44,205 bases of DNA from an uncultured Bacilli bacterium (lineage in GTDB: Bacteria; Bacillota_I; Bacilli_A; RF39; UBA660): positions 1-44,205 of the forward strand of contig CALVSD010000001.1 in the NCBI GenBank assembly GCA_944358805.1. The letters are read 5' to 3'. Shown here in pieces: positions 18,271 to 26,382 of the stretch (the stretch's first letter is position 1; each line of letters starts with the position of its first letter). Below the pieces are notes generated by a model that was not told where the DNA came from, did not search any database, and saw nothing but the letters and a program-made list of their open reading frames with translations. Made by a program: the position numbers and the translations under genes.

Positions 18271-19178
18271 TATTTTACCTTCTTTCTTTCAACCCACATA
18301 TTTTGGAATATTGTAAATGTGCTTGAAGTTATCCAATAAATTCCTAGAGCTGTTGGTAAAGTTAATGAACCAATAAATATTATTCCTAACATTATGTATA
18401 TTGTATATTTCATTTGAGCGGCTGCTGCTGTTTGATCTTTTAAAGTTTTCCTAAATGATAAATATGTAGTTCCTAAAATAAGTACTATAAATAGGATATA
18501 TATATAGTTACCATTTTGAATACCAACTGATGTTGTAGTAGCCATTTGAAGACCTAAAAATTTACTTTCAAATATAGCTGGAGTTCTATTAATCGCCTCT
18601 AAAAATGCAAATAATAACGGCAATTGAATAAACGCAAGTAGACATCCTGATACAGGATTTATTTGATATTTTTGATATATTGCAAGCATCTCTTGCGTTT
18701 TTCTCATTTGATCTTCTTGTGATTCTTTACCTTTATATTTCTTTTCTAATTTTTCAATTTCTGGTTGCGCTTTTTTCATATTTTCTGATTGCATTGCAGT
18801 TTTTTTAGTTATAGGCATTAAAACTAATCTAATTAATATTGCTGTTATAATTATTGATAAACCATAACTATTTACTAAATTACCTATTTGAATAATTACC
18901 CACGCTAATGGTTTTACAAAAAATGTAGTCCATAATCCTTCATACTTACTAACAGGATTAAAATTATTACAACTAGGCAAATCTTTTATATCAACGCCAT
19001 TTTCTTCATATATTTTAACTACTTTTTCATCAGTTGGTTTACAAATAATATTTTCTGTTATAGATTGACCCGTTTCTGGATTAACTATAGTTTTATTATC
19101 TTTATCTTTTAATATCGTTGTACATCCTGTTAGCATAAACACTGATATTAATACTAATATTATCTTTTTCTTCGTCAT
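18270..19178 (-). CDS. yidC: YidC/SpoIIIJ membrane protein insertase (lipoprotein type)
   Basis: Lipobox LTGC. The conserved segment MQSENMKKAQPEIEKLEKKYKGK...MRKTQEMLAIYQKYQINPVSGCLLAFIQLPLLFAF. GGAG RBS upstream of the ATG at 19178 (MTKKK). Confidence 0.93.
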   Translation of the reverse strand: MTKKKIILVLISVFMLTGCTTILKDKDNKTIVNPETGQSITENIICKPTDEKVVKIYEENGVDIKDLPSCNNFNPVSKYEGLWTTFFVKPLAWVIIQIGNLVNSYGLSIIITAILIRLVLMPITKKTAMQSENMKKAQPEIEKLEKKYKGKESQEDQMRKTQEMLAIYQKYQINPVSGCLLAFIQLPLLFAFLEAINRTPAIFESKFLGLQMATTTSVGIQNGNYIYILFIVLILGTTYLSFRKTLKDQTAAAAQMKYTIYIMLGIIFIGSLTLPTALGIYWITSSTFTIFQNMWVERKKVK

Positions 19179-19179
19179 A

Positions 19180-19506
19180 TTATTCTCCAATCTTTTTAAA
19201 TAAATTTATTAATTCTTTCTCTTTTGATTGATAATCTAAATATAATAAATTCTTTCTTAATATTATAACATAGTTATATGAACTTTGTATATAATTTTTA
19301 TTATTATCAATAATGTTTTTTACCTGTCTTTTTAATTTATTACGAATTACAGCATTTCCAGTTTTTGTTGGTACACTTATTCCATATAAATTTTTCGAAT
19401 TATTCTTTTCATAATATATAGAATAATATTTATTTTTTACATTTTTATTTTTATTTATTATCCTGGAAAACTCTCTATTATCTTTTATAATCTCTTTTTT
19501 TTTCAT
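19180..19506 (-). CDS. rnpA: Ribonuclease P protein component
   Basis: KDNREFSRIINKNKNV......GISVPTKTGNAVIRNKLKRQVK is the RnpA pattern (RNR motif region). GAAGGTGA RBS upstream of the ATG at 19506. Confidence 0.9.
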   Translation of the reverse strand: MKKKEIIKDNREFSRIINKNKNVKNKYYSIYYEKNNSKNLYGISVPTKTGNAVIRNKLKRQVKNIIDNNKNYIQSSYNYVIILRKNLLYLDYQSKEKELINLFKKIGE

Positions 19507-19549
19507 AAATTCACCTTCAACATAAAGAAAAAACCACAATAAAAAGTGG

Positions 19550-19672
19550 TTATGCGCATAATTTTTTTCTTTTTTTAGCTCTTCTGCTATTTAAAACTTT
19601 TCCTTTAATACGTGCAAAAAAACCATGTTTCTTTGCTTTTTTTCTATTATTTGGTTGATAAGTTCTTTTCAT
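19550..19672 (-). CDS. rpmH: 50S ribosomal protein L34 (not in the ORF track, 40 aa)
   Basis: The minus strand reads GGAGGTGTTATAT-ATG and translates to [40 protein letters not shown]. This is about 4 aa shorter than B. subtilis L34 in the central MSSKNGR region. Confidence 0.93.
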   Translation of the reverse strand: MKRTYQPNNRKKAKKHGFFARIKGKVLNSRRAKKRKKLCA

Positions 19673-19703
19673 ATATAACACCTCCAAAGTTAAATGCTAT
19701 TTT

Positions 19704-19732
19704 ATTATATATGGTTATTAAGTTTATGTCAA
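19704..19732 (-). promoter_or_regulatory. Consensus sigma-A promoter of rpmH-rnpA
   Basis: On the minus strand, TTGACA (19732-19727), a 17-nt spacer, then TATAAT (19709-19704). Confidence 0.75.
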
Positions 19733-19805
19733 CAATTTTAATGTTTTTTATTTATTTTTTTGTTTTTATTTGATATAATTATAGTATTAAGAATAGAGGG
19801 ATATA

Positions 19806-21560
19806 ATGTTTAAAGAAATAGTAGAAATTAGTAAAAATTACGCGCTTGTTAAAATAAATGGTAATATTAATGAAGATTTACTTAACTATAATGTTGTATT
19901 TGAAGATGATAAAAAAATACTGGGAGAAATAGAAGAAATAAGTGGGGATACTGTTAAAATTACTTTTTTAGGTGAATTTATTAGTGGTAAATTTTATTCT
20001 GGTATTATTAGAAAACCTAGTTTAAATGCAACAGTTAGAATTATTAATCAAGAGGAATTAGGAGAAATAGTAGGGGACAATAACCCAAAAAGCATGACAT
20101 TAGGAATATCTCCTTTGTATAATTATCCAATTAAAATAGATATTGACGATATGTTTTCTAATCATAGTGCTATTTTTGGTAATACTGGTTCCGGTAAAAC
20201 GTATGGAGTAGCAAGACTTGTACAAAATCTATTTGTTATGAAAGATAAAATTCCTTTTAATAGTAATATTTTTATTTTTAATAACACTAGTGAATACGAT
20301 AATGCTTTTAAATCAATAAATAACATTAATGTTAATTATAATTATAAAATTTTTACTACTAATACAGAACAAAAAGAAGCTCCATTAATTAAATTGCCTT
20401 TATGGTTACTTAACGTAGATGATTATGCAAATTTATTAAATGTAACTGTTTATTCTCAAATTGCAATTATAGAGAAGATGTTAAGCTTAGTTTCTGTATT
20501 TGCTAGAAATGACGCTGAAAGCAAGAGATATAAGAATCACTTAATAGCTAAAGCTATCATTTCTGTAATGTATTCTAATCAAATGTCTGCCAGAATTAGA
20601 GATCAAATATTTTCTATTTTAACAGATTGTTATACTGATGAATTAAATTTAGATGTAGACGTTCCTGGTATAGGATATAAAAGACAGTTTAGAAAGTGTT
20701 TTGATTTAGATAGTAAAGGCGAATTTGTAGAAAGAATTCTAATAACAGAATATATTCAACAATTTATAGATAATAATACAAAATGGAATGAAGATTATGT
20801 ACCGGTTTATTTCACTCTAGATGATTTAGAAGTAGCTTTAAATTTTGCTTTAATTTCAGAAGGACTATTATTAAATGAAAAATCTTATGCAGAAGCAACT
20901 GCTTTAAAAGTAAGATTACATACACTAAATAACAGTTCTAATAGTATATTCTTTAAATATGATAGATTTATAAATTTAAATGAATTTATATCTAATATTA
21001 TATTAGTTGATAACAATAAAAGAGCTCAAATTATTAACTTCGTTTTAGAAGATATTGATGATAGATTTGCTAAAGCTTTAGTAAAAATATACTCTAGATT
21101 ATTATTTAAATTCTCTAAAGGATTACAAGATAGGGGATCGATACCAATTCATATTATGCTTGAAGAAGCCCACAGATATGTTCAAAAAGATTCAGATAAT
21201 GAATTACTTGGTTACAATATTTTTGAAAGAATAGCTAAAGAAGGACGTAAATTTGGTTTAGTTATAGATTTGATTACACAAAGACCAACAGAATTATCTG
21301 AAACTGTTATTTCTCAATGTAGTAATTTCTTAATTTTTAAAATTAACCATCCAACCGATTTAGAATATATTAGAAAAATGGTTCCTAATATTAGTGCTGA
21401 TGTCATAGAAAAACAAAAATCTTTACAATCTGGAACCTGTGTAGCATTTGGAAGAATGATGAAAATTCCAATGATTGTAAAAATGGAAATTCCAAATCCA
21501 GAACCTCATAGTTCTAATGCATCAATCTATAACAAATGGATGATTGAATGGAAAAGATAA
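19806..21560 (+). CDS. HerA-like (DUF87) ATPase with an N-terminal HAS-barrel-like domain; stand-alone
   Basis: Walker A is FGNTGSGKTYGV. Walker B region is IHIMLEEAHRY. KEGRKFGLVIDLITQRPTELSETVISQCSNFLIFKINHPTD is typical of HerA/DUF87 hexameric translocases. The N-terminal roughly 100 aa form a beta-rich barrel-like segment (VKINGN...LGEIEEISGDTVKITFLGE). Extended -10 TGATATAAT at 19771-19779 and an AGAGGGA RBS. Confidence 0.75.
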   Translation: MFKEIVEISKNYALVKINGNINEDLLNYNVVFEDDKKILGEIEEISGDTVKITFLGEFISGKFYSGIIRKPSLNATVRIINQEELGEIVGDNNPKSMTLGISPLYNYPIKIDIDDMFSNHSAIFGNTGSGKTYGVARLVQNLFVMKDKIPFNSNIFIFNNTSEYDNAFKSINNINVNYNYKIFTTNTEQKEAPLIKLPLWLLNVDDYANLLNVTVYSQIAIIEKMLSLVSVFARNDAESKRYKNHLIAKAIISVMYSNQMSARIRDQIFSILTDCYTDELNLDVDVPGIGYKRQFRKCFDLDSKGEFVERILITEYIQQFIDNNTKWNEDYVPVYFTLDDLEVALNFALISEGLLLNEKSYAEATALKVRLHTLNNSSNSIFFKYDRFINLNEFISNIILVDNNKRAQIINFVLEDIDDRFAKALVKIYSRLLFKFSKGLQDRGSIPIHIMLEEAHRYVQKDSDNELLGYNIFERIAKEGRKFGLVIDLITQRPTELSETVISQCSNFLIFKINHPTDLEYIRKMVPNISADVIEKQKSLQSGTCVAFGRMMKIPMIVKMEIPNPEPHSSNASIYNKWMIEWKR

Positions 21561-21568
21561 TAAAATTA

Positions 21569-21598
21569 ATACTAATTTTTATAGTTAGTATTTTTTTT
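21569..21598 (+). terminator. Intrinsic terminator insulating the HerA-like gene from oriC
   Basis: ATACTAA (21569-21575), a 9-nt loop, TTAGTAT (21585-21591), then a T8 run. Confidence 0.7.
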
Positions 21599-21623
21599 AT
21601 AAACTAGTATTCCCACAGTTCAT

Positions 21624-21825
21624 TGTGGATAACTTATAAATTTATTACTTATATTATAAAGGATTAACAAGTTTTCCACAGTTTCCACATATATCCACAG
21701 CCTGTGGAAAACTATGTTTTATAATTGTGGAAAAGAAAAAAACGTAAAAACTGTGGAAAATTAATTGATTCTTTTATAAACTTTAATTTATACTTGTGGA
21801 TAACCTGTGGAAAACATGTGGGAAA
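21624..21825. promoter_or_regulatory. oriC part 1: DnaA-box cluster upstream of dnaA
   Basis: Perfect boxes TGTGGATAA (complement of TTATCCACA) at 21624-21632 and 21795-21803. Boxes with 1-2 mismatches at 21672-21680, 21681-21689, 21691-21699, 21703-21711, 21726-21734, 21752-21760, 21806-21814 and 21817-21825. Confidence 0.9.
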
Positions 21826-21901
21826 ACTTGTTATTTTGTAAAAATATGTAGATTTTTTTTTTATTTATGGTAAAATTAGATTGGGGATAGGAGGGTAATA
21901 T

Positions 21902-23266
21902 ATGGATATTGACACATTGTGGCAAAAATTTCTTGAACGAATAAAAGAACAAGTAGTAGAATTTTCTTATGATACATGGTTTAAAGAAAGCAAATTATAT
22001 GATTTATCCAATAATACTGCAACTGTTATAGTTCCTATGAAATTACATATTAAACATTTAGATGAAAATTATAAAGATTTAATTACAAAAGTCTTTAATG
22101 AACTTACAGGAACTAATTTTAAATTTGTTTTTAAATTAAAAGAAGATGTAGGTAAGAAACCAAAAGCGGATACCGTTATTGAAAACATTCAAGAAGGAGT
22201 TCCTTATCAAAGTGTGGAAGATGCAAATCTTAATCCAAATAACACTTTTGAAAATTTTATTGTAGGAAATAGTAATAAGTTTGCGTTTGTAGCAGCACAA
22301 GCAGTAGCTGAAAAACCAGGTAAAGCTTATAATCCTTTATTTTTATATAGTAAAAGCGGATTGGGAAAAACTCATTTAATGCAAGCCATTGGAAATTATA
22401 TTTTGAAAAATTCTAATATGAAAGTATTATATATTTCGTCTGATAAATTTGTTAATGATTTTATTAATGCCGTTAGAACTAATGATAAAAATAACTTTAA
22501 TAAAATTGATAATTTTAAAAATAGGTATAGGAATATTGATGTTTTAATAATTGATGACATTCAATTTTTAGGTACTGCAACTAAAGGACAAGAAGAATTT
22601 TTTCATACTTTTAATGAGTTATATAATTCAAATAAACAAATTATTATAGCTTCTGACAGATCTGTTGATGATTTAAAAATGTTAGAAAATAGATTATTAA
22701 CAAGATTTAACTGGGGACTAACTGCAAATATTACTCCACCTGATTTTGAACTTAGAATGAATATAATAAGAAAAAAGATATCTCATCAAGAGGCGGCTCA
22801 AGATGTTCCTGATAATGTTATAGAATATATAGCAAATAGTTTTGATTCAGATGTAAGACAATTAGAAGGAGCCATCACTAGAGTATTTGCTTACGCTCTT
22901 ATGATGAATAAAGGTAAAGTAACATTAGATATTGCAGTAGAAGCTTTAAAAGATCAACTTATAGACAGAAGTGTTTATAAAAATGACGTTCATAGAATTC
23001 AAAGAGTAGTATGCGATTACTTTAAAGTAAATATTGATGATTTAAAAGGAAAGAAAAGAAATCAGACAATAAACTATCCAAGACAAGTAGCAATATATTT
23101 ATGTAGAACTATGACTACAGAATCTTTTCCTAAAATAGGTTCATATTTTGGTGGTAGAGATCACTCCACAATTATGAGTGCTTATCAAAAAGTAGAAGAT
23201 GAACTTAAAGAAAACAATCAACTAAGAGAGATAATTGCGGAGTTAAAAAAAGATTTATCCACTTAA
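21902..23266 (+). CDS. dnaA: Chromosomal replication initiator protein DnaA
   Basis: NPLFLYSKSGLGKTHLMQAIGN (Walker A), LIIDDIQFL, the sensor/box VII region, and C-terminal HTH SFPKIGSYFGGRDHSTIMSA. GGAGGG RBS. Confidence 0.98.
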   Translation: MDIDTLWQKFLERIKEQVVEFSYDTWFKESKLYDLSNNTATVIVPMKLHIKHLDENYKDLITKVFNELTGTNFKFVFKLKEDVGKKPKADTVIENIQEGVPYQSVEDANLNPNNTFENFIVGNSNKFAFVAAQAVAEKPGKAYNPLFLYSKSGLGKTHLMQAIGNYILKNSNMKVLYISSDKFVNDFINAVRTNDKNNFNKIDNFKNRYRNIDVLIIDDIQFLGTATKGQEEFFHTFNELYNSNKQIIIASDRSVDDLKMLENRLLTRFNWGLTANITPPDFELRMNIIRKKISHQEAAQDVPDNVIEYIANSFDSDVRQLEGAITRVFAYALMMNKGKVTLDIAVEALKDQLIDRSVYKNDVHRIQRVVCDYFKVNIDDLKGKKRNQTINYPRQVAIYLCRTMTTESFPKIGSYFGGRDHSTIMSAYQKVEDELKENNQLREIIAELKKDLST

Positions 23267-23400
23267 TTTGTGGACAAATGTGGATAATTAAAAAAGTTTT
23301 CCACAAGCATGTGGTCAAAAATTTCTATTAATATAAGGATTTTTTGTAGTTTTCCACAGTTTCCACTGTATAATAATAAATAATATATATATAATAAGAA
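23255..23400. promoter_or_regulatory. oriC part 2: DnaA boxes plus an AT-rich TAA/ATA-repeat unwinding region between dnaA and dnaN
   Basis: Boxes at 23255-23263 (TTATCCACT), 23269-23277, 23279-23287 (perfect TGTGGATAA), 23297-23305, 23310-23318, 23350-23358 and 23359-23367. These are followed directly by GTATAATAATAAATAATATATATATAATAA (23368-23400), which resembles DnaA-trio/DUE organisation. Confidence 0.8.
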
Positions 23401-23414
23401 AGAAGGAATACATT

Positions 23415-24530
23415 ATGAAATTTATTATTAAAAAAAATATTTTACTAGAAAACTTGAATCATACTTCTAAAGCTATTTCAAGTAGAAATTTAATTCCTAT
23501 ATTAACAGGTATAAAATTTGAATTAAAAGAAGAAGGTTTATATTTGTCAGCTAGTGATACTGATATATCAATTAGAAGTTTTATAAAAAAAGATGAAATT
23601 ACAGAAATTTCTGAATTTGGTAGCATTGTTATTGGAGGAAAATATATAGTAGAAATTATAAGAAAATTACCAGATACTGATATTACTATTGAAGTATTAG
23701 ATGGATATAAAATGATTATTAGTACTTCTAATACTGAATTTAAATTAAATGGTATAAATCCAAATGAATTTCCAAATTTAGATTTAGAAGAAACAACAGA
23801 ACCAATAATTTTAAAAACAGATAATTTTAAAACTATTATTAATCAAACATTTTTTGCTACTTCTCAAAATGAATCTAGACCTCTATTAACTGGTATTAAT
23901 TTTAGAATTGATACAGATATTTTAGAAGTTATTGCAACAGATAGTTATAGATTAGCTAAAAAAACGATAAGTATAGATAAATCATTTGATAAAAGTATTA
24001 ATATAGTAATACCAGGTAAAAATTTATTAGAACTATCTAAAATCCTAGATGATGGTGATAATAGTATAGAGTTACACTTGTTTACAAATAAAATATTATT
24101 TAAATACAAAAATATTCTTTTTGTATCAAGACTTTTAAATGGTACTTATCCTGCAACTTCTGCTATAATTCCTACTAAATTTGAAATAGAAGTAGAATGT
24201 AATTATAGTAATTTGTTTGAAATGATAGATAGAGCTTCATTATTAACTTCAGATAGAGACAAAAATACTATCAAATTGGAACTTAATAATGATGAACTTA
24301 CTATTTCATCTAATTCTCCTGAAATTGGTTATGTAGAAGAAAAAATGGCTGTTAAAAGTAATGGTAACATTTCTATATCGTTTTCATCTAAATATATGTT
24401 AGATGCAATTAGAAGTTTTGGAGAAGAAAAAGTAGTTTTATATATGAATAATGATAATAGTCCAATAATAGTAAAATCAAAAGAAGAAACATCATTAATT
24501 CAACTAGTACTACCTATAAAAACTTATTAA
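23415..24530 (+). CDS. dnaN: DNA polymerase III beta sliding clamp
   Basis: 371 aa with three-domain clamp features (ILTGIKFEL, ATDSYRLA, LLNGTYP, PIIVKS....LVLPIK), directly downstream of dnaA. Confidence 0.97.
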   Translation: MKFIIKKNILLENLNHTSKAISSRNLIPILTGIKFELKEEGLYLSASDTDISIRSFIKKDEITEISEFGSIVIGGKYIVEIIRKLPDTDITIEVLDGYKMIISTSNTEFKLNGINPNEFPNLDLEETTEPIILKTDNFKTIINQTFFATSQNESRPLLTGINFRIDTDILEVIATDSYRLAKKTISIDKSFDKSINIVIPGKNLLELSKILDDGDNSIELHLFTNKILFKYKNILFVSRLLNGTYPATSAIIPTKFEIEVECNYSNLFEMIDRASLLTSDRDKNTIKLELNNDELTISSNSPEIGYVEEKMAVKSNGNISISFSSKYMLDAIRSFGEEKVVLYMNNDNSPIIVKSKEETSLIQLVLPIKTY

Positions 24531-24559
24531 TATCCACAATATTGTGGGTATTTTTTTTT
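24531..24559 (+). terminator. dnaN terminator built from a DnaA-box-like palindrome
   Basis: TATCCACAAT/ATTGTGGGTA hairpin (24531-24550) followed by a T9 run. Confidence 0.75.
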
Positions 24560-24657
24560 ATTAAAATTCAATTTTCTTGATATACGACATTTTTAGACAA
24601 ACTTCGACAAAGTAATGTGCTTTAATAAAAATCGTATTTTTGAAGGGGGGATTATTT

Positions 24658-25110
24658 ATGAGATATATAATAAACAAAAATACGTATATTATAAAAACAG
24701 AAGATAAGAGTACGACAAAAATTATTGAGAAAGGGAAAACTTTAAATAGAAAGGAAGATCCAGCGACTATTATAAGTGATTCCTGTAGTTATTATAGGTA
24801 TTCATTAAATTTTAGAGTGGAAGAAAGTAAGAAGCAATTCAAAAGCAATTACAAGAATCCTATTATAGTGGATAATGAAAGTAAAATAATTTTTTTTCCA
24901 ATTAAGTCTATTACAGCAAAAGATAATACTTGGATTTCTTATAATAATTTAGTAACCTTTTTAAGAAAGAAACATAATACTATACTAGTTTTCTTTGATG
25001 GAAGTACTATTATTGTACCCGTTAATTATAGTATTATATCTTCGCAAATATCTAAGTGTTTTATTTTAGAAAAAAAAATAGAAAAAAGTACTAATTTAAG
25101 TAAAATTTAG
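24658..25110 (+). CDS. ComK-family protein (competence transcription factor-like), short form
   Basis: KIIEKGKTL......IISDSCSYYRYSL......NYKNPIIVDNESKIIFFPIKSITAKDNTWISYNNL.....ILVFFDGSTIIVPVNYSIISSQ parallels B. subtilis ComK (KIIEKDCVF...IVDRSCRFFGSS...SHKPPIMVDPSNQIFLFPTLSSTRPQCGWISHVHV...EVTFSNGKTMELPISYNSFENQ, recalled). GAAGGGGGG RBS upstream of the ATG at 24658. Confidence 0.7.
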   Translation: MRYIINKNTYIIKTEDKSTTKIIEKGKTLNRKEDPATIISDSCSYYRYSLNFRVEESKKQFKSNYKNPIIVDNESKIIFFPIKSITAKDNTWISYNNLVTFLRKKHNTILVFFDGSTIIVPVNYSIISSQISKCFILEKKIEKSTNLSKI

Positions 25111-25212
25111 TGCTTTTTTCTTTATATAATAACTAGTTTATGGTATAATCGTATGTATAGGGATACCAGCTTTGGAAATAAGGTGATAATTTGGGCAAAA
25201 AAACAGGTTAAA

Positions 25213-26310
25213 ATGGTAATAAAAAAAATTAAATTAAAAAATTATCGTAATTATGATGATTTAGAAATAGCATTAAATGAGAAATTAAATATTATTATAG
25301 GAAAAAATGCTCAAGGTAAAACAAATATATTAGAATCTATATATGTTTTATCTTTAACAAAATCTTATTTAAATATAAATGATAAAAATTTAATAAAGCT
25401 GGGGAATAATTATTCAATATTAGAAGCAGAAACAATACTAAATAATATCCCTAAAAAATTTAAAATTTTAATAAACGATAATGGAAAAAAAGTTATCATA
25501 AACGGAAGAGAAATAAAAAAATTAAGTGAATATATATCAAATTTGAAAGTTGTTATTTTTAGTCCTGAAAATATAAGAATGATTAGAGATGGTCCAAGTG
25601 TAAGAAGAAAATTTTTGAATATGGAACTTAGTCAAATATCTCCATTATATGTTAGACTATTGATGGATTACAATAATATAATTAGACAAAAAAATGAATA
25701 TTTAAAATTAGATAAAATAAATATAGAATATTTAAAAATTTTAAATAAAAAGATAGCTGAATTATCTGTTAATATATATATATATAGGAAAGAATTTATA
25801 GATAAACTTTGCAATTTTATAGATAATATCTATTATAAAATAATGGGAATTCAAGGACTTAGAATAAAATATATATCTAATATTGATTATTTTGAAGATA
25901 AATCAATGATGATTGCTAAATATACAGAAAAGTTAGAAAAATATTTAGAGAAAGAAATATTGTATAAAGTATCGTTAATAGGCCCACAAAGGGACGATTT
26001 TATTTTTGTACTAAATGATAAAAATATATCTTTATATGGTTCGCAAGGACAATTACGGAGTGTAATATTATCGTTAAAATTGTCAGAAATAGAATTAATA
26101 AAAAATGAATGTAATGAGGATCCGATATTGTTATTAGATGATATATTTAGTGAATTAGATATTGAAAAAAAGAATAATTTAATAAATTATATAAACGATA
26201 ATACTCAAACAATAATAACAACTACTGATATAAATATGATTGATGAAAAATTAGTTAAGAAAGCAAGTATTTTTGAAATAAATGATGGAAAATTATTTCC
26301 CGGGAAATAA
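25213..26310 (+). CDS. recF: DNA replication and repair protein RecF
   Basis: IKKIKLKNYRNYDDLEI...NIIIGKNAQGKTNILESIY (Walker A), GPQRDDF, GSQGQLRS (signature) and ILLLDDIFSELD (Walker B). The start at 25213 is inferred from the usual RecF N-terminus; the RBS is weak. Confidence 0.93.
   Translation: MVIKKIKLKNYRNYDDLEIALNEKLNIIIGKNAQGKTNILESIYVLSLTKSYLNINDKNLIKLGNNYSILEAETILNNIPKKFKILINDNGKKVIINGREIKKLSEYISNLKVVIFSPENIRMIRDGPSVRRKFLNMELSQISPLYVRLLMDYNNIIRQKNEYLKLDKINIEYLKILNKKIAELSVNIYIYRKEFIDKLCNFIDNIYYKIMGIQGLRIKYISNIDYFEDKSMMIAKYTEKLEKYLEKEILYKVSLIGPQRDDFIFVLNDKNISLYGSQGQLRSVILSLKLSEIELIKNECNEDPILLLDDIFSELDIEKKNNLINYINDNTQTIITTTDINMIDEKLVKKASIFEINDGKLFPGK
26294..26309. other. Noc-binding-site-like palindrome NBS-1 (TATTTCCCGGGAAATA), overlapping the last codons of recF
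   Basis: A perfect 16-mer inside a 22-bp perfect palindrome, AATTATTTCCCGGGAAATAATT (26291-26312), followed by TTTT. Confidence 0.7.
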
Positions 26311-26344
26311 TTTTAAGTAAAAAGCAATAAAAAATATAAAAAAA

Positions 26345-26360
26345 TATTTCCCGGGAAATA
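26345..26360. other. Noc-binding-site-like palindrome NBS-2 in the gyrB leader
   Basis: A perfect 16-mer TATTTCCCGGGAAATA inside a 22-bp palindrome, AAATATTTCCCGGGAAATATTT (26342-26363), 22 nt upstream of the gyrB ATG. Confidence 0.7.
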
Positions 26361-26382
26361 TTTTTGAGGAAGGAAGACAAAA

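Noticed and set aside
26294-26360. CCCGGG palindromes as targets or footprints of a SmaI/XmaI-type restriction-modification system
   Set aside because: No methyltransferase or endonuclease gene is nearby. Conservation extends well beyond the hexamer to 16-22 bp, which fits a protein operator or hairpin better than an R-M site.
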